33,834 nt of DNA from a virus (taxonomy: Duplodnaviria > Caudoviricetes): the IMG/VR virus record IMGVR_UViG_3300023184_000337, positions 1 to 33,834 of that record; one strand, 5' to 3'. Under the pieces are notes generated by a model. That model was not told the DNA's origin and made no database searches. It was given only the letters and a program-made list of their open reading frames with translations. Made by a program: the position numbers and the translations under genes. Positions 17,293 through 25,581 of this stretch are shown here, piece after piece (positions within the stretch are counted from its first letter, which is position 1; each line of letters opens with the position of its first letter).

Positions 17293-17826
17293 TTACTCGT
17301 AAAGGATGTTGATTGTTCCAGCGTCAAATGTATTTGTTCCGCCACCACTTATCCTAACTTGCGTTAATGTTCCAGCTAGCGATTTAACGCCAGCACTAAT
17401 ATGAACGTAGTTGTTATCACTACCGCCCAAAACACCTTGTTCAGCCCAAGTATTTGTGGATATATTTACTAGAGAAAGTGTAGCCAAACCATTAAGCACA
17501 CTAGATGCACTTGTTGCTGAACCAGCCAAAGTAAACCCAGAACTCATATTAGTTGCAGTTGGTGTAAGGGTAGTAGAGTACAAAACGGTTCCTGCGTAGC
17601 CACTAGTTTCTACGCCAGCTACTGGCCCAATTTGCATAAAAAGACCCGCACCACCATTTGTACTTACACCATTAAACATCACAGTAATACGCTTAACCCA
17701 TGATGGAATAGAAGTAAAGTCAATGCTTGTACCACTGGTAGATGCCACAGCAGTACCAGAGGTAATACCCAGTATTGCACCTGAGTTGATTGTTACGCTG
17801 TTTGAACCATCAATTGTTGTTGACAA
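17293..17826 (-). CDS. Short tail fibre/tip module (TTG start)
   Basis: SD AAGGAG; ASTSGTSIDFTSIPSWVKRITVMFNGVS...FDAGTINILYE. Confidence 0.75.
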   Translation of the reverse strand: MSTTIDGSNSVTINSGAILGITSGTAVASTSGTSIDFTSIPSWVKRITVMFNGVSTNGGAGLFMQIGPVAGVETSGYAGTVLYSTTLTPTATNMSSGFTLAGSATSASSVLNGLATLSLVNISTNTWAEQGVLGGSDNNYVHISAGVKSLAGTLTQVRISGGGTNTFDAGTINILYE

Positions 17827-17840
17827 AATATATTCTCCTT

Positions 17841-18341
17841 TTATCCGTGATTTGCAAATTCTTGATGCAACATATCTCTTGCCAACCCAATAAATTCCTT
17901 GGCATCATTTAAATCATCAAAGTACCCAAGATTTTTATTTATTTTATTTTTCCGAATACACGCATACCATTTATTATATTTTTTTGCCCAAGAAACGCCT
18001 TTAACACCAGACTTGTTTGCTTTTGTCAAACACTTGTTTGCGCAGTTTTGACTAGCTGTAGCGGCTCTAAGATTGTCAATGTGGTTATTTTTTTTATTAC
18101 CATCAATATGGTCAACAGTTTCTGGAAGATGTTTGTGAACCATATAAAACAAAATTCTGTGAACTTGCCAAGGTATGCCATGCAAAAAAACCTGTGAATA
18201 TGCGCCACTGTTTGAACCTGTAAGCTCACCAATTTTTACCCTACTATTTCTCTGTACTTTGTTGTAAAGACGACCATCTATGATTTCAAACACAGAATGC
18301 AAATAATCGTAATCAGGAAAAAAATTGCGGCTATTACTCAT
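17841..18341 (-). CDS. HNH homing endonuclease with AP2-like C-terminal domain
   Basis: VHR...VDHIDGNKKNNHIDNLRAAT..QN, then SGVKGVSW...KWYA.I......LGYF; ATGA overlap with the upstream gene. Confidence 0.92.
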   Translation of the reverse strand: MSNSRNFFPDYDYLHSVFEIIDGRLYNKVQRNSRVKIGELTGSNSGAYSQVFLHGIPWQVHRILFYMVHKHLPETVDHIDGNKKNNHIDNLRAATASQNCANKCLTKANKSGVKGVSWAKKYNKWYACIRKNKINKNLGYFDDLNDAKEFIGLARDMLHQEFANHG

Positions 18342-18964
18342 GCCCATGTCCCCACGTTAGTCGCTGCGCCAGATGCGGAAAGCGGATTGATTCGGATGTA
18401 GCTACCAGCTACTGTTGAGTAAGCCCCACCAGGTGCGGCTGATAGCGTGTATTGCGGAATGAATGTACCGCCAGCGTTGATTGATACTGTGCCTTTGACA
18501 ACACCCCACCAATTAACTGTTGCCGCTGTTGTTCCACCGTTTACTGTTAAATTAGAAGCACTTGTAGAATATCCATTACATAATGGTGCGGCAGAACCAA
18601 AACTTGTTTGTGCGGCAGCATAGATTCCTGTAAACTGCCATTGAATATTATTAAGTGTGGCAGTGCCACCAAAACCAAAACCAAAATTGTGCGATGTTGT
18701 TCCAGCAGTTTTATTTAGCACAACCAACATTTCAAACTCATACACAGTGCTTGTTGACAGCGTAACTCCAACACCAAATATGCTTTGTGCCGTAAGCACT
18801 TGAGTTCCAGCCAATGAAGAATTCAGCCTGTAATACTGTTGCGTTGGAACAATGCCTCGCTGTGTGCCGATAGGTGTAGCAGCATAGATGGGGCTTGAGT
18901 ATTCAATCTGCCCAACAGCGGCAGGGCTTGATAGCGTGTCAGAAGTTAAAACAAGTATTGACAT
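18338..18964 (-). CDS. Short tail fibre/tip module
   Basis: S/T/G/A-rich beta protein in the fibre cluster. Confidence 0.65.
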   Translation of the reverse strand: MSILVLTSDTLSSPAAVGQIEYSSPIYAATPIGTQRGIVPTQQYYRLNSSLAGTQVLTAQSIFGVGVTLSTSTVYEFEMLVVLNKTAGTTSHNFGFGFGGTATLNNIQWQFTGIYAAAQTSFGSAAPLCNGYSTSASNLTVNGGTTAATVNWWGVVKGTVSINAGGTFIPQYTLSAAPGGAYSTVAGSYIRINPLSASGAATNVGTWA

Positions 18965-18966
18965 GA

Positions 18967-19512
18967 TTAAGCTATCCTTGTTATTACGAATTGTTGTGCG
19001 GCAGGGTTAGCACCAGCAGTTGTACCGCCAGTGTGAGGCCTTATTACAGAACCCGCAGATGCATAAAGTGTCACAGCCACTGACCCCGAATAGTTATTTG
19101 AGGAGGGCGTTGCCACAGCCAGTGCGTCTGCCGCAGTTATGGAAACAATACTCGTAGTTAATTGTGTGGAGTTAAGCGACAACCCCAAATCACCTGCGGC
19201 ATTAAATTGGTCGGTGTAACTAATTCCATAAATTCCAGTTGTATTGATAGTAAATGATGCGCCAAGCGTTGCACTATCTGCATAAGTAATATCAGAGCCT
19301 TGATTGGTTACAGTATTTGTAAATCTACGAATCTTTGTATTTGTTGATCCATAGCCGTTTGCAGTGTTTAACCTAACCACACTTGGTGTTGTGGGGAGAA
19401 TACTCATTGTTCCAGTTACCGCTGGCATGGTAATCGTAGTAGTACCCGCAACAGCAGGGGCGGCAAGTGTTACCTGTCCGCTAGTGTCTCCTGATATAAC
19501 AACTGATGACAT
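18967..19512 (-). CDS. Short tail fibre module
   Basis: N-terminal SGDTSGQVTLAAPAVAGTTTITMPA..GT motif and jelly-roll-like C-terminus. Confidence 0.7.
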   Translation of the reverse strand: MSSVVISGDTSGQVTLAAPAVAGTTTITMPAVTGTMSILPTTPSVVRLNTANGYGSTNTKIRRFTNTVTNQGSDITYADSATLGASFTINTTGIYGISYTDQFNAAGDLGLSLNSTQLTTSIVSITAADALAVATPSSNNYSGSVAVTLYASAGSVIRPHTGGTTAGANPAAQQFVITRIA

Positions 19513-19521
19513 ATATTTCCT

Positions 19522-20169
19522 TTACAGAACAACCCAACGTGAACCCGTTGGAACAGTGACTGATTGACCAGATGCAATAGTAATAGGTCCTGTAGACATA
19601 GCGTTATTACCTGCTGTAATTGAGTAGCTAGTGTTTACAGTTTTACCGTTTTCATAGAACACAGCATCACTACCTGTACCAGTAGCACCACCACTAGATA
19701 CCCAAGCACTAGCTGTACCGTTATAGGCTTCTAGTTTGTTAGTACTGGTGTTAAAACCAATTAAACCAGCAGTAGGAGAAGCAGGTCTACCAGCAGTTGT
19801 CCAAGGACCTTGTACAGTACCTACAGAGAATGTTTGACGAAGAGAAAAGGTGTTTATCTCATCTAACTTGGGGAGGTCATTAAGAGAAGCTGATACTAAA
19901 CGCAGTTCAACTTTATCACCTGTACTCCAAGCAGAAGCAGTAGTACCATCTTGAGCACGAGTAATAGTAAACGTGTCTGTACTTCTAGCAGTAACTTTAA
20001 CAATTTCAATTGTTCCAACAGCATTAGCAAGAGTACAGTAGAAATAATCTCCAGCACCCAATGCTGGAAACAATGCACCTTGACCAGTAGCAACTGTCAA
20101 GCTAGTAACTGAACTGTTAATGCCAGACGCCAATGTTGACGTAGCATTGTTAGTAAACTTCATCACCAT
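19522..20169 (-). CDS. Tail fibre proximal/attachment protein
   Basis: FTNNA.STLA...EIVKVTAR..DTFTITRAQDGT.A N-domain; C-terminal GGATG...FYEN...NAMSTGPITI....TVP.GSRWVVL. Confidence 0.75.
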   Translation of the reverse strand: MVMKFTNNATSTLASGINSSVTSLTVATGQGALFPALGAGDYFYCTLANAVGTIEIVKVTARSTDTFTITRAQDGTTASAWSTGDKVELRLVSASLNDLPKLDEINTFSLRQTFSVGTVQGPWTTAGRPASPTAGLIGFNTSTNKLEAYNGTASAWVSSGGATGTGSDAVFYENGKTVNTSYSITAGNNAMSTGPITIASGQSVTVPTGSRWVVL

Positions 20170-20181
20170 AAAATATTCCCC

Positions 20182-20607
20182 TTAACCAACGGTTATTGTC
20201 CAAGTCAACAACAATCTATCTTGATCTTGTTTACCAATTGTAGTAAACACAATGTGAGACAACATTGTTCCACCAGAAATAGCATTATTAAAAATACCTG
20301 CTTCAGAAATAGATCCTGTAGCTACACCAGGAAGATAGTTCTTAACCAATGTAATTACGTTGTTAGCTATGGTTGCAGAATCAAAAGAAGTGCGGAGTGT
20401 TTCTGTTTGCAATGCTGTGTCTGCAAGTGCAGCAGCAGTAGTACCACTACCAATAGCTATAGCATTGAATGGAGTAGTGCTGCTACTAATAACAGCATTA
20501 GCTAAAAAATTCTTTCCAACTTGAACAATCAAGTTCTTTTTGCTAACAACAACAACGTCATTTAGCTTAAGCTCTACTTCTCCTACTAAACTAATTGTTT
20601 CGTTCAT
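20182..20607 (-). CDS. Virion structural protein (fibre-base-like)
   Basis: KNLIV..G, IAIGSGTTAA...DTALQTE, ISEAGIFN...GTM motifs. Confidence 0.65.
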   Translation of the reverse strand: MNETISLVGEVELKLNDVVVVSKKNLIVQVGKNFLANAVISSSTTPFNAIAIGSGTTAAALADTALQTETLRTSFDSATIANNVITLVKNYLPGVATGSISEAGIFNNAISGGTMLSHIVFTTIGKQDQDRLLLTWTITVG

Positions 20608-20939
20608 TTGTTAATACCCAAAGAATTTATAGCAGAACCATTTAACACAGAAGGAGAACTATGTATTTTAAGAACATAGGCTTCTGCTACGCTAATAGAC
20701 TCTGCTTCATTTAATTCGCCAAAGATAAAATGATCTGACTGTTCTGGTCTAGTAAACGGAGGAGCTTGTTTGTCAGCTACACCATGTACAAAGTCTTGGG
20801 GTTGTCTTGGTTCCCAATCCCCACTACAAACCATCAAACCATCCCACCTCATTTGTAGGTCGCTGTTCTTAAACTGACGACCACAAACGTCACAGATGAC
20901 GTTCCAACTTCCGTTATCCCATCTAGGTCTGTACGACAT
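20604..20939 (-). CDS. Conserved CxxC protein in the morphogenesis region
   Basis: ICDVCG...WDGLMVC..DWEPRQPQ. Confidence 0.7.
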   Translation of the reverse strand: MSYRPRWDNGSWNVICDVCGRQFKNSDLQMRWDGLMVCSGDWEPRQPQDFVHGVADKQAPPFTRPEQSDHFIFGELNEAESISVAEAYVLKIHSSPSVLNGSAINSLGINK

Positions 20940-21253
20940 TATTGCACTTCGGTTGTACTATACACTGGCAAGTCTCCCAGAGCAACTAGGGTACTTCCAA
21001 CACTAGTAGTCACAGTCACAACAAGGCGGTAGGTTACACCAGCTACACCACTCTGCACTTGTTGATAAACCTTATTACCCACAATAGTAGCTGAACCAGA
21101 CAGTACACCAGATGGACTAGCATCAACACCATCTATAACAAGTACAGAACAAGAAGCTGTAGACAATGTTTCCCCTGCCGCTAACGTCTGACTAAAGTCA
21201 AAAGACAACGGTTTTATTTCATCAACAAACTTATAGGAAAAATATTCAGCCAT
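20939..21253 (-). CDS. Small virion structural protein (Ig-like beta sandwich)
   Basis: K...E...SFDF...L..GETL...SG.AGVTYRL...VTTS.G pattern. Confidence 0.65.
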   Translation of the reverse strand: MAEYFSYKFVDEIKPLSFDFSQTLAAGETLSTASCSVLVIDGVDASPSGVLSGSATIVGNKVYQQVQSGVAGVTYRLVVTVTTSVGSTLVALGDLPVYSTTEVQ

Positions 21254-22391
21254 TTACATCATCCTGTTTTGTAACTACTATGTTGGTCTTCCTTGGTTTA
21301 ACTAGTATGTCTTTAAAACCAGCAAACACTTGAACAATAACTTTCTTGGTAGGGACAATTACGGTGTCCTCAATATTAGGCAGCACTCTATAGAAATGAC
21401 TGACGACACTAGTATAAACGGTTGTTACTAATAACACAAACCTAGAAGTAATGGTAGTCACAAAAGAGCTTGTGGTAGATATAGCAGTAAGGACTAATGA
21501 TCTGACTGTAGATATTGTTGCTGTAGAAGTTACAGAGGCTGCTATTGTTCTAATAAGAGCCAACAATTTAGATATAGTACTGGTCGTAGTTACAACAGCA
21601 GTCAAAGTCCTAGAATAAAAGAACCCATAAAGTAATAATACTGTACTACTTACAGATGCAATTATCTTTTTTCCTACAGCTTTAATAAGCAAAGCAAAGC
21701 TAATACAGACTACAGCAAGTGTTGTGATAACTTGTTTTAACAAAAACACAGAGCCAATAGATACAACACTAAAGGTTTTTGCTAATGCTTTTAGGATGGT
21801 ACTAGTAGAAGTACTAGTAGCCGTTATGTATTTGGTTATTGCTCTAGCAATACTTGTTGTAGACGTACTGGCTACAGAGACTAGTTTTAATGCAGATTTA
21901 ACAAGAGAAACAAAAGAAGAAGAAGATGCAAACAAAGTTAAATACCTAGCAACTGTTTTTGTAACTGTAGCTGTTGAAGTAACAGCAATAACTAAAAATT
22001 TAATATCTGACTTAACTATGCTAACAGCAGAGCTAGTGGTAGCAGTTATGTATTTGACTACTGCTCTAACAATATTAGCTGTAGACGTAGATGTTACAGA
22101 CTGTACTTTGCCTACAGTTAGTTTGTACGTAGCTGTAGAAGTAGAAGAAAAAGCAAAGCTTTTAATTATGCTTTTTAATAGTGTTGCAGTACTAGTAGCT
22201 GCAATGTTTATTGTTCTAGTAATGTAGGCAAGCTTAGTTGCAGTGCTAGTACTTGTAATAGTTCTAACAACACCAACAGCCCTAGCCAAAGTAAAAGTGC
22301 TACTGCTAGAAACTGTTAATGCTTGAGCATAAGAATTGCCACTAGTACCGTTAAGTACAGCGGCATTAACTGCAAAAGAATTAAGAGACAT
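21246..22391 (-). CDS. Ser/Thr/Val/Ala-rich repeat protein, probably fibrous
   Basis: About 18-aa degenerate repeats and almost no acidic residues; lies in the structural operon. Confidence 0.75.
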   Translation of the reverse strand: MSLNSFAVNAAVLNGTSGNSYAQALTVSSSSTFTLARAVGVVRTITSTSTATKLAYITRTINIAATSTATLLKSIIKSFAFSSTSTATYKLTVGKVQSVTSTSTANIVRAVVKYITATTSSAVSIVKSDIKFLVIAVTSTATVTKTVARYLTLFASSSSFVSLVKSALKLVSVASTSTTSIARAITKYITATSTSTSTILKALAKTFSVVSIGSVFLLKQVITTLAVVCISFALLIKAVGKKIIASVSSTVLLLYGFFYSRTLTAVVTTTSTISKLLALIRTIAASVTSTATISTVRSLVLTAISTTSSFVTTITSRFVLLVTTVYTSVVSHFYRVLPNIEDTVIVPTKKVIVQVFAGFKDILVKPRKTNIVVTKQDDVNG

Positions 22392-22411
22392 AGTATGTCC
22401 CTAACTCTGGT

Positions 22412-22777
22412 TTAACTAAACTGAGTCTTAAAGGTGAACTGAATTGAGTCACCAGAACTCAGGTTAATTGTTGAGAAATCGCCTTTTACAAACAAGTTGC
22501 CAGAAGTAGAAGCATCAAACAAACCAGCATTAGTAATAGCAAGAGTACCACCAGCAGTTTGAGTACCGACTACTTGGTATGTGTCGTTAGTTGTAGAAGT
22601 TGTTTGTTGTGTGCTAGTACCTGTTTGACGAGCACCAGTTTCTGTAAACAAAGTTGTATCAGCAGCAGCAGTTGTACCAGCACCAGTACCATAAGCAACG
22701 TACACGGGTTCTGTACCACTACCTTTAATACGGTTAGTTACGATAGCTCTACCAGTGTTAACTAAGAGAGTAGCCAT
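22412..22777 (-). CDS. Virion structural protein, paralog-like to 20182..20607
   Basis: YGTGAGT.AAADTTL..E and ITNAGLFDASTSGNL; SD GGAG. Confidence 0.7.
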   Translation of the reverse strand: MATLLVNTGRAIVTNRIKGSGTEPVYVAYGTGAGTTAAADTTLFTETGARQTGTSTQQTTSTTNDTYQVVGTQTAGGTLAITNAGLFDASTSGNLFVKGDFSTINLSSGDSIQFTFKTQFS

Positions 22778-22923
22778 TTTTTAATACTCCAAAAAATACG
22801 TTTTAAAGGGTTTTTGTGCCAATAACTAACAACACCAAGAGACTCAATAGTGCCATCAGCACGAATGATGACAGCACTAATTTGAGCTTCTTTGGCGTTA
22901 CTAGGAACAATCATTTGAGCCAT
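22762..22923 (-). CDS. Small hypothetical protein, 53 aa (not in ORF track)
   Basis: MAQMIVPSNAKEAQISAVIIRADGTIESLGVVSYWHKNPLKRIFWSIKKWLLS fills the gap exactly. Confidence 0.75.
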   Translation of the reverse strand: MAQMIVPSNAKEAQISAVIIRADGTIESLGVVSYWHKNPLKRIFWSIKKWLLS

Positions 22924-22925
22924 TG

Positions 22926-23162
22926 TTAAGCCTTGTCAGATTTGTTGTCTAGCTTGTCAAAGATCTTATTAATCATTTCTTTAAGCTCTCGAATGTCGTT
23001 CTTGTAATCGTCTTTAACAACATACGATTTAGGAAGTTCTTCTCTAAGCTTAGCCAAATCAACTTTAAGTTCTTTGACAGCAGCCCACAGTTCACGGGCA
23101 AACCAACCCGTGACTGAGGATACAAGTGTTAAACCAATATTTAAAAGGGTTTGGTAATCCAT
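22926..23162 (-). CDS. Single-TM plus coiled-coil protein (holin/antiholin-like)
   Basis: N-terminal TM (LLNIGLTLVSSVTGWFA), then LPKSYV.KDDY...IFDKLD.K.DK. Confidence 0.7.
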   Translation of the reverse strand: MDYQTLLNIGLTLVSSVTGWFARELWAAVKELKVDLAKLREELPKSYVVKDDYKNDIRELKEMINKIFDKLDNKSDKA

Positions 23163-23172
23163 TTAAATACCT

Positions 23173-23583
23173 TTACAGGTTAGTACCTTGTTTAACCAAC
23201 TCTAAGATAACTGAGAACACTTGCGTACCAGATGTCCAACCAGTAGTTTTAACAAGAATAGCACCAGTTTTACCAGCACCAGAGTTGTTAGTTAGTCCAC
23301 CAAAGTTCCAGAACATCAAACGACCACGACCAGCTAGAGGCATGATAATGACATCGGTTGTTGCATCCCACAACAGTTGTACTTCTAATTGGTCACTGAT
23401 TGAGTAATCAATGTGATCAATTCGCACTTGTGTAGGTGTAAACCCTATGCCACTTTGATTGATGTCAGACATTACAACAGCGTTTGTTAAAGCTAAGTCA
23501 GAGGTATCAAGTACCGCTGTTAACTTAACAATTGCGTTGCGCTGACCTTCTTCAAGGATTTGCGTTGTGAATGAGTTAGCCAT
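23173..23583 (-). CDS. Putative virion structural protein
   Basis: SD AGGAG; beta-rich; FGGL.NN.GAG.TG.I motif; follows the head genes. Confidence 0.7.
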   Translation of the reverse strand: MANSFTTQILEEGQRNAIVKLTAVLDTSDLALTNAVVMSDINQSGIGFTPTQVRIDHIDYSISDQLEVQLLWDATTDVIIMPLAGRGRLMFWNFGGLTNNSGAGKTGAILVKTTGWTSGTQVFSVILELVKQGTNL

Positions 23584-23596
23584 TTGACTCTCCTAA

Positions 23597-24370
23597 TTAA
23601 TAGGCACGAGTTTGGGCAGACATCATAAAGTCAACAATCATATCCGCAGTGGTAGGCGCAGTAGAAGCAGCTTTACAACCAAAACCTATACCCATGTTTG
23701 TAGCATTGGGGAAAGTACCAACCATTGTTCCAGTAGACACACCTACGTCAACAGAACAAACTTTAGCATCATTAACAAACACATCAATGTTGCCTTTGCC
23801 GTCATAGTACCAAGCCAATTTAATATAAGTATCATTAGCAAGAGTAGCAACAGTGGTAGTACCAGTTGAATAAGCAGTAGCAGCTAATGAAGAACTACTT
23901 TTACGAACAACAAAAGTAATGTTAGTAGAGCCAGCAGCTTTGTTAAAGTAAATGCCACTAGTAGGAGTTAAAGCAGCAATAGAGGTAGCTACACCAATTT
24001 GCAACTGATCATTAAGGGCTGTAGTTGCTTTAAATGCTGTGTAAAACCAAGCTTGTTGCGTAGGAGGAGCAGTAGAAACAATTGTGTTGGTAGCAATGTT
24101 AAAGTTAAATGGATTTGCTTGAATAGCACCAATATCACCAGTAACACTAGAAGCACCACCAACAGTAGAAATTAAACCACCATTACCAGCAACCAAACCA
24201 ATTGTTTGGTGGGTTGTAGTATTAGTTACAGTCCAATCATTAGCAACATATTGAAAAAAATCTTCAAAGTCTAAAGATAAGTCTGTTGGATCGGGAAGAG
24301 GGAATTGACCTAAAGAAGAACCAATTGCTTGTGTAGATACACCAGCGGGGAAACGGGTAGGGGAAGCCAT
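23597..24370 (-). CDS. Putative head decoration / head fibre protein
   Basis: MASPTRFPAGVS N-terminus, FEDF motif and lectin-like beta sandwich; downstream of the MCP. Confidence 0.6.
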   Translation of the reverse strand: MASPTRFPAGVSTQAIGSSLGQFPLPDPTDLSLDFEDFFQYVANDWTVTNTTTHQTIGLVAGNGGLISTVGGASSVTGDIGAIQANPFNFNIATNTIVSTAPPTQQAWFYTAFKATTALNDQLQIGVATSIAALTPTSGIYFNKAAGSTNITFVVRKSSSSLAATAYSTGTTTVATLANDTYIKLAWYYDGKGNIDVFVNDAKVCSVDVGVSTGTMVGTFPNATNMGIGFGCKAASTAPTTADMIVDFMMSAQTRAY

Positions 24371-24383
24371 AATTAAATCCTTT

Positions 24384-24420
24384 GACGTTGTTTAAAACAA
24401 CGCCCTATTGCTAGAGCGTC
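24384..24420 (-). promoter_or_regulatory. Structured leader with two overlapping hairpins
   Basis: GACGCTCTA-GCAA-TAGGGCGTT and GGCGTTGTT-TTA-AACAACGTC share GGCGTT; the second abuts SD AAAGGA. Confidence 0.55.
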
Positions 24421-24440
24421 ATTGGAGATTGCATTCTATA

Positions 24441-24575
24441 TTACATTTTCTTTTTGGGCATCATCTTTTTTGCAGCAGCCATTTTCTTAGCAGCCATCAT
24501 TTTCTTTTCTTCACCTTTAGCTTTAACTTTAGCATCAGGCTTCATGCCCATCTCTTTACGTTTTTCGTATCCCAT
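24441..24575 (-). CDS. Lys/Met/Ala-rich basic peptide, 44 aa (not in ORF track)
   Basis: SD AGGAG; MGYEKRKEMGMKPDAKVKAKGEEKKMMAAKKMAAAKKMMPKKKM. Confidence 0.75.
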   Translation of the reverse strand: MGYEKRKEMGMKPDAKVKAKGEEKKMMAAKKMAAAKKMMPKKKM

Positions 24576-24596
24576 TTGATTTACTCCTGTTTGTTT

Positions 24597-24630
24597 ACAA
24601 AAAGAACCCTCTCTTTTTAGGGAGAGGGCT
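24597..24630 (-). terminator. Intrinsic terminator after the major capsid gene
   Basis: AGCCCTCTC-loop-GAGAGGGTT then CTTTT(T) on the - strand. Confidence 0.75.
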
Positions 24631-24645
24631 TGTTACTAATAACAA

Positions 24646-25566
24646 TTAAGGACCATTAGATCCGTAGATAGCACGAGGATCAGACCATCCAAAGCTATAA
24701 CGCTCGTAGCCTTTGGCTTTAACGTTCATAGTGTCAAAGTCATTGTCTTGATCAAACGTGACAGCGTGACGCTCGTAATACTTCAAACCAGTACCACCAG
24801 GGATGGTGTTACGGATAAACCAAGCGTGTGGGATTGAGAAGTAGTGGTTCACTTTAAAACCACCAGGGATGTAATTGCCAGACTTGATGACGTTAATGTC
24901 ATTGTTGGCATTACCTGTTTGGTAGCTAGAGTGAAGGATACGTTGAGCGTTAAAGATCTCTTGACGAGCAATGTGCAAGCTGTTTGGTTGAATAGCAACT
25001 AACAAACCACGGTCGTTTTGAAAGCCCATGATTGCGATAACTGCGTCTTCCAAAGAAGCCTCAGACAAGTCAACATCAACTGCTGGCTTGTTAGAGTATG
25101 TACCACCTGATGTATTTGGGTGGGCGGTAGAGCACAAAGCTACACCATCACCACCTAAATATGTGCTATTAAAAGCACGGTTGTACACGTTAGCTGCAAT
25201 GTTCTCTTTTGTTTGACGGAAAGACATTGCCAAAGCAGCAGCACGTTTCTTAGACACTTGCTCATACAAGTTGTCGTCCATTTCTTCTTTAGTCACGATA
25301 TAACCCATTGCGTAAGCAACGTGTGTATAGCGAGTTGTGAAGCCTTGGATTTCAGAGTCGTAAGCAGTGCCTTGACCTTCAGACTTGATAGGAACCAGAC
25401 CGAAGCCAGACAATTGAACGTCTTCTTCGTAGTTCATAGTAGAAGTGTCTTTGTCAAACAAGTCTACGTACTCTTCTGGGTGCTCATTGTAAGTTTGACC
25501 CCACCAAGCTTTAATGCCAGGCCACAATGCTTTGGGATGTGATGCGGTAGTAATTACGCCAGCCAT
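24646..25566 (-). CDS. Major capsid protein
   Basis: 306 aa; L.PGI..W.G..Y.EH..EY..LFD..TS...YEED, K.EG....YD, ERYSFGWSDPRAIYGS; strong SD and downstream terminator. Confidence 0.92.
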   Translation of the reverse strand: MAGVITTASHPKALWPGIKAWWGQTYNEHPEEYVDLFDKDTSTMNYEEDVQLSGFGLVPIKSEGQGTAYDSEIQGFTTRYTHVAYAMGYIVTKEEMDDNLYEQVSKKRAAALAMSFRQTKENIAANVYNRAFNSTYLGGDGVALCSTAHPNTSGGTYSNKPAVDVDLSEASLEDAVIAIMGFQNDRGLLVAIQPNSLHIARQEIFNAQRILHSSYQTGNANNDINVIKSGNYIPGGFKVNHYFSIPHAWFIRNTIPGGTGLKYYERHAVTFDQDNDFDTMNVKAKGYERYSFGWSDPRAIYGSNGP

Positions 25567-25581
25567 GATTTATCTCCTTAA

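Noticed and set aside
17293-20169. Diversity-generating retroelement or invertible tail cassette
   Set aside because: No reverse transcriptase or invertase gene, and no template/variable repeat pair or inverted crossover sites were noticed.
21724-22227. 167-aa + strand ORF and other antisense ORFs in the track
   Set aside because: Shadow frames of real genes caused by codon bias and low complexity; no SD or recognisable motifs.
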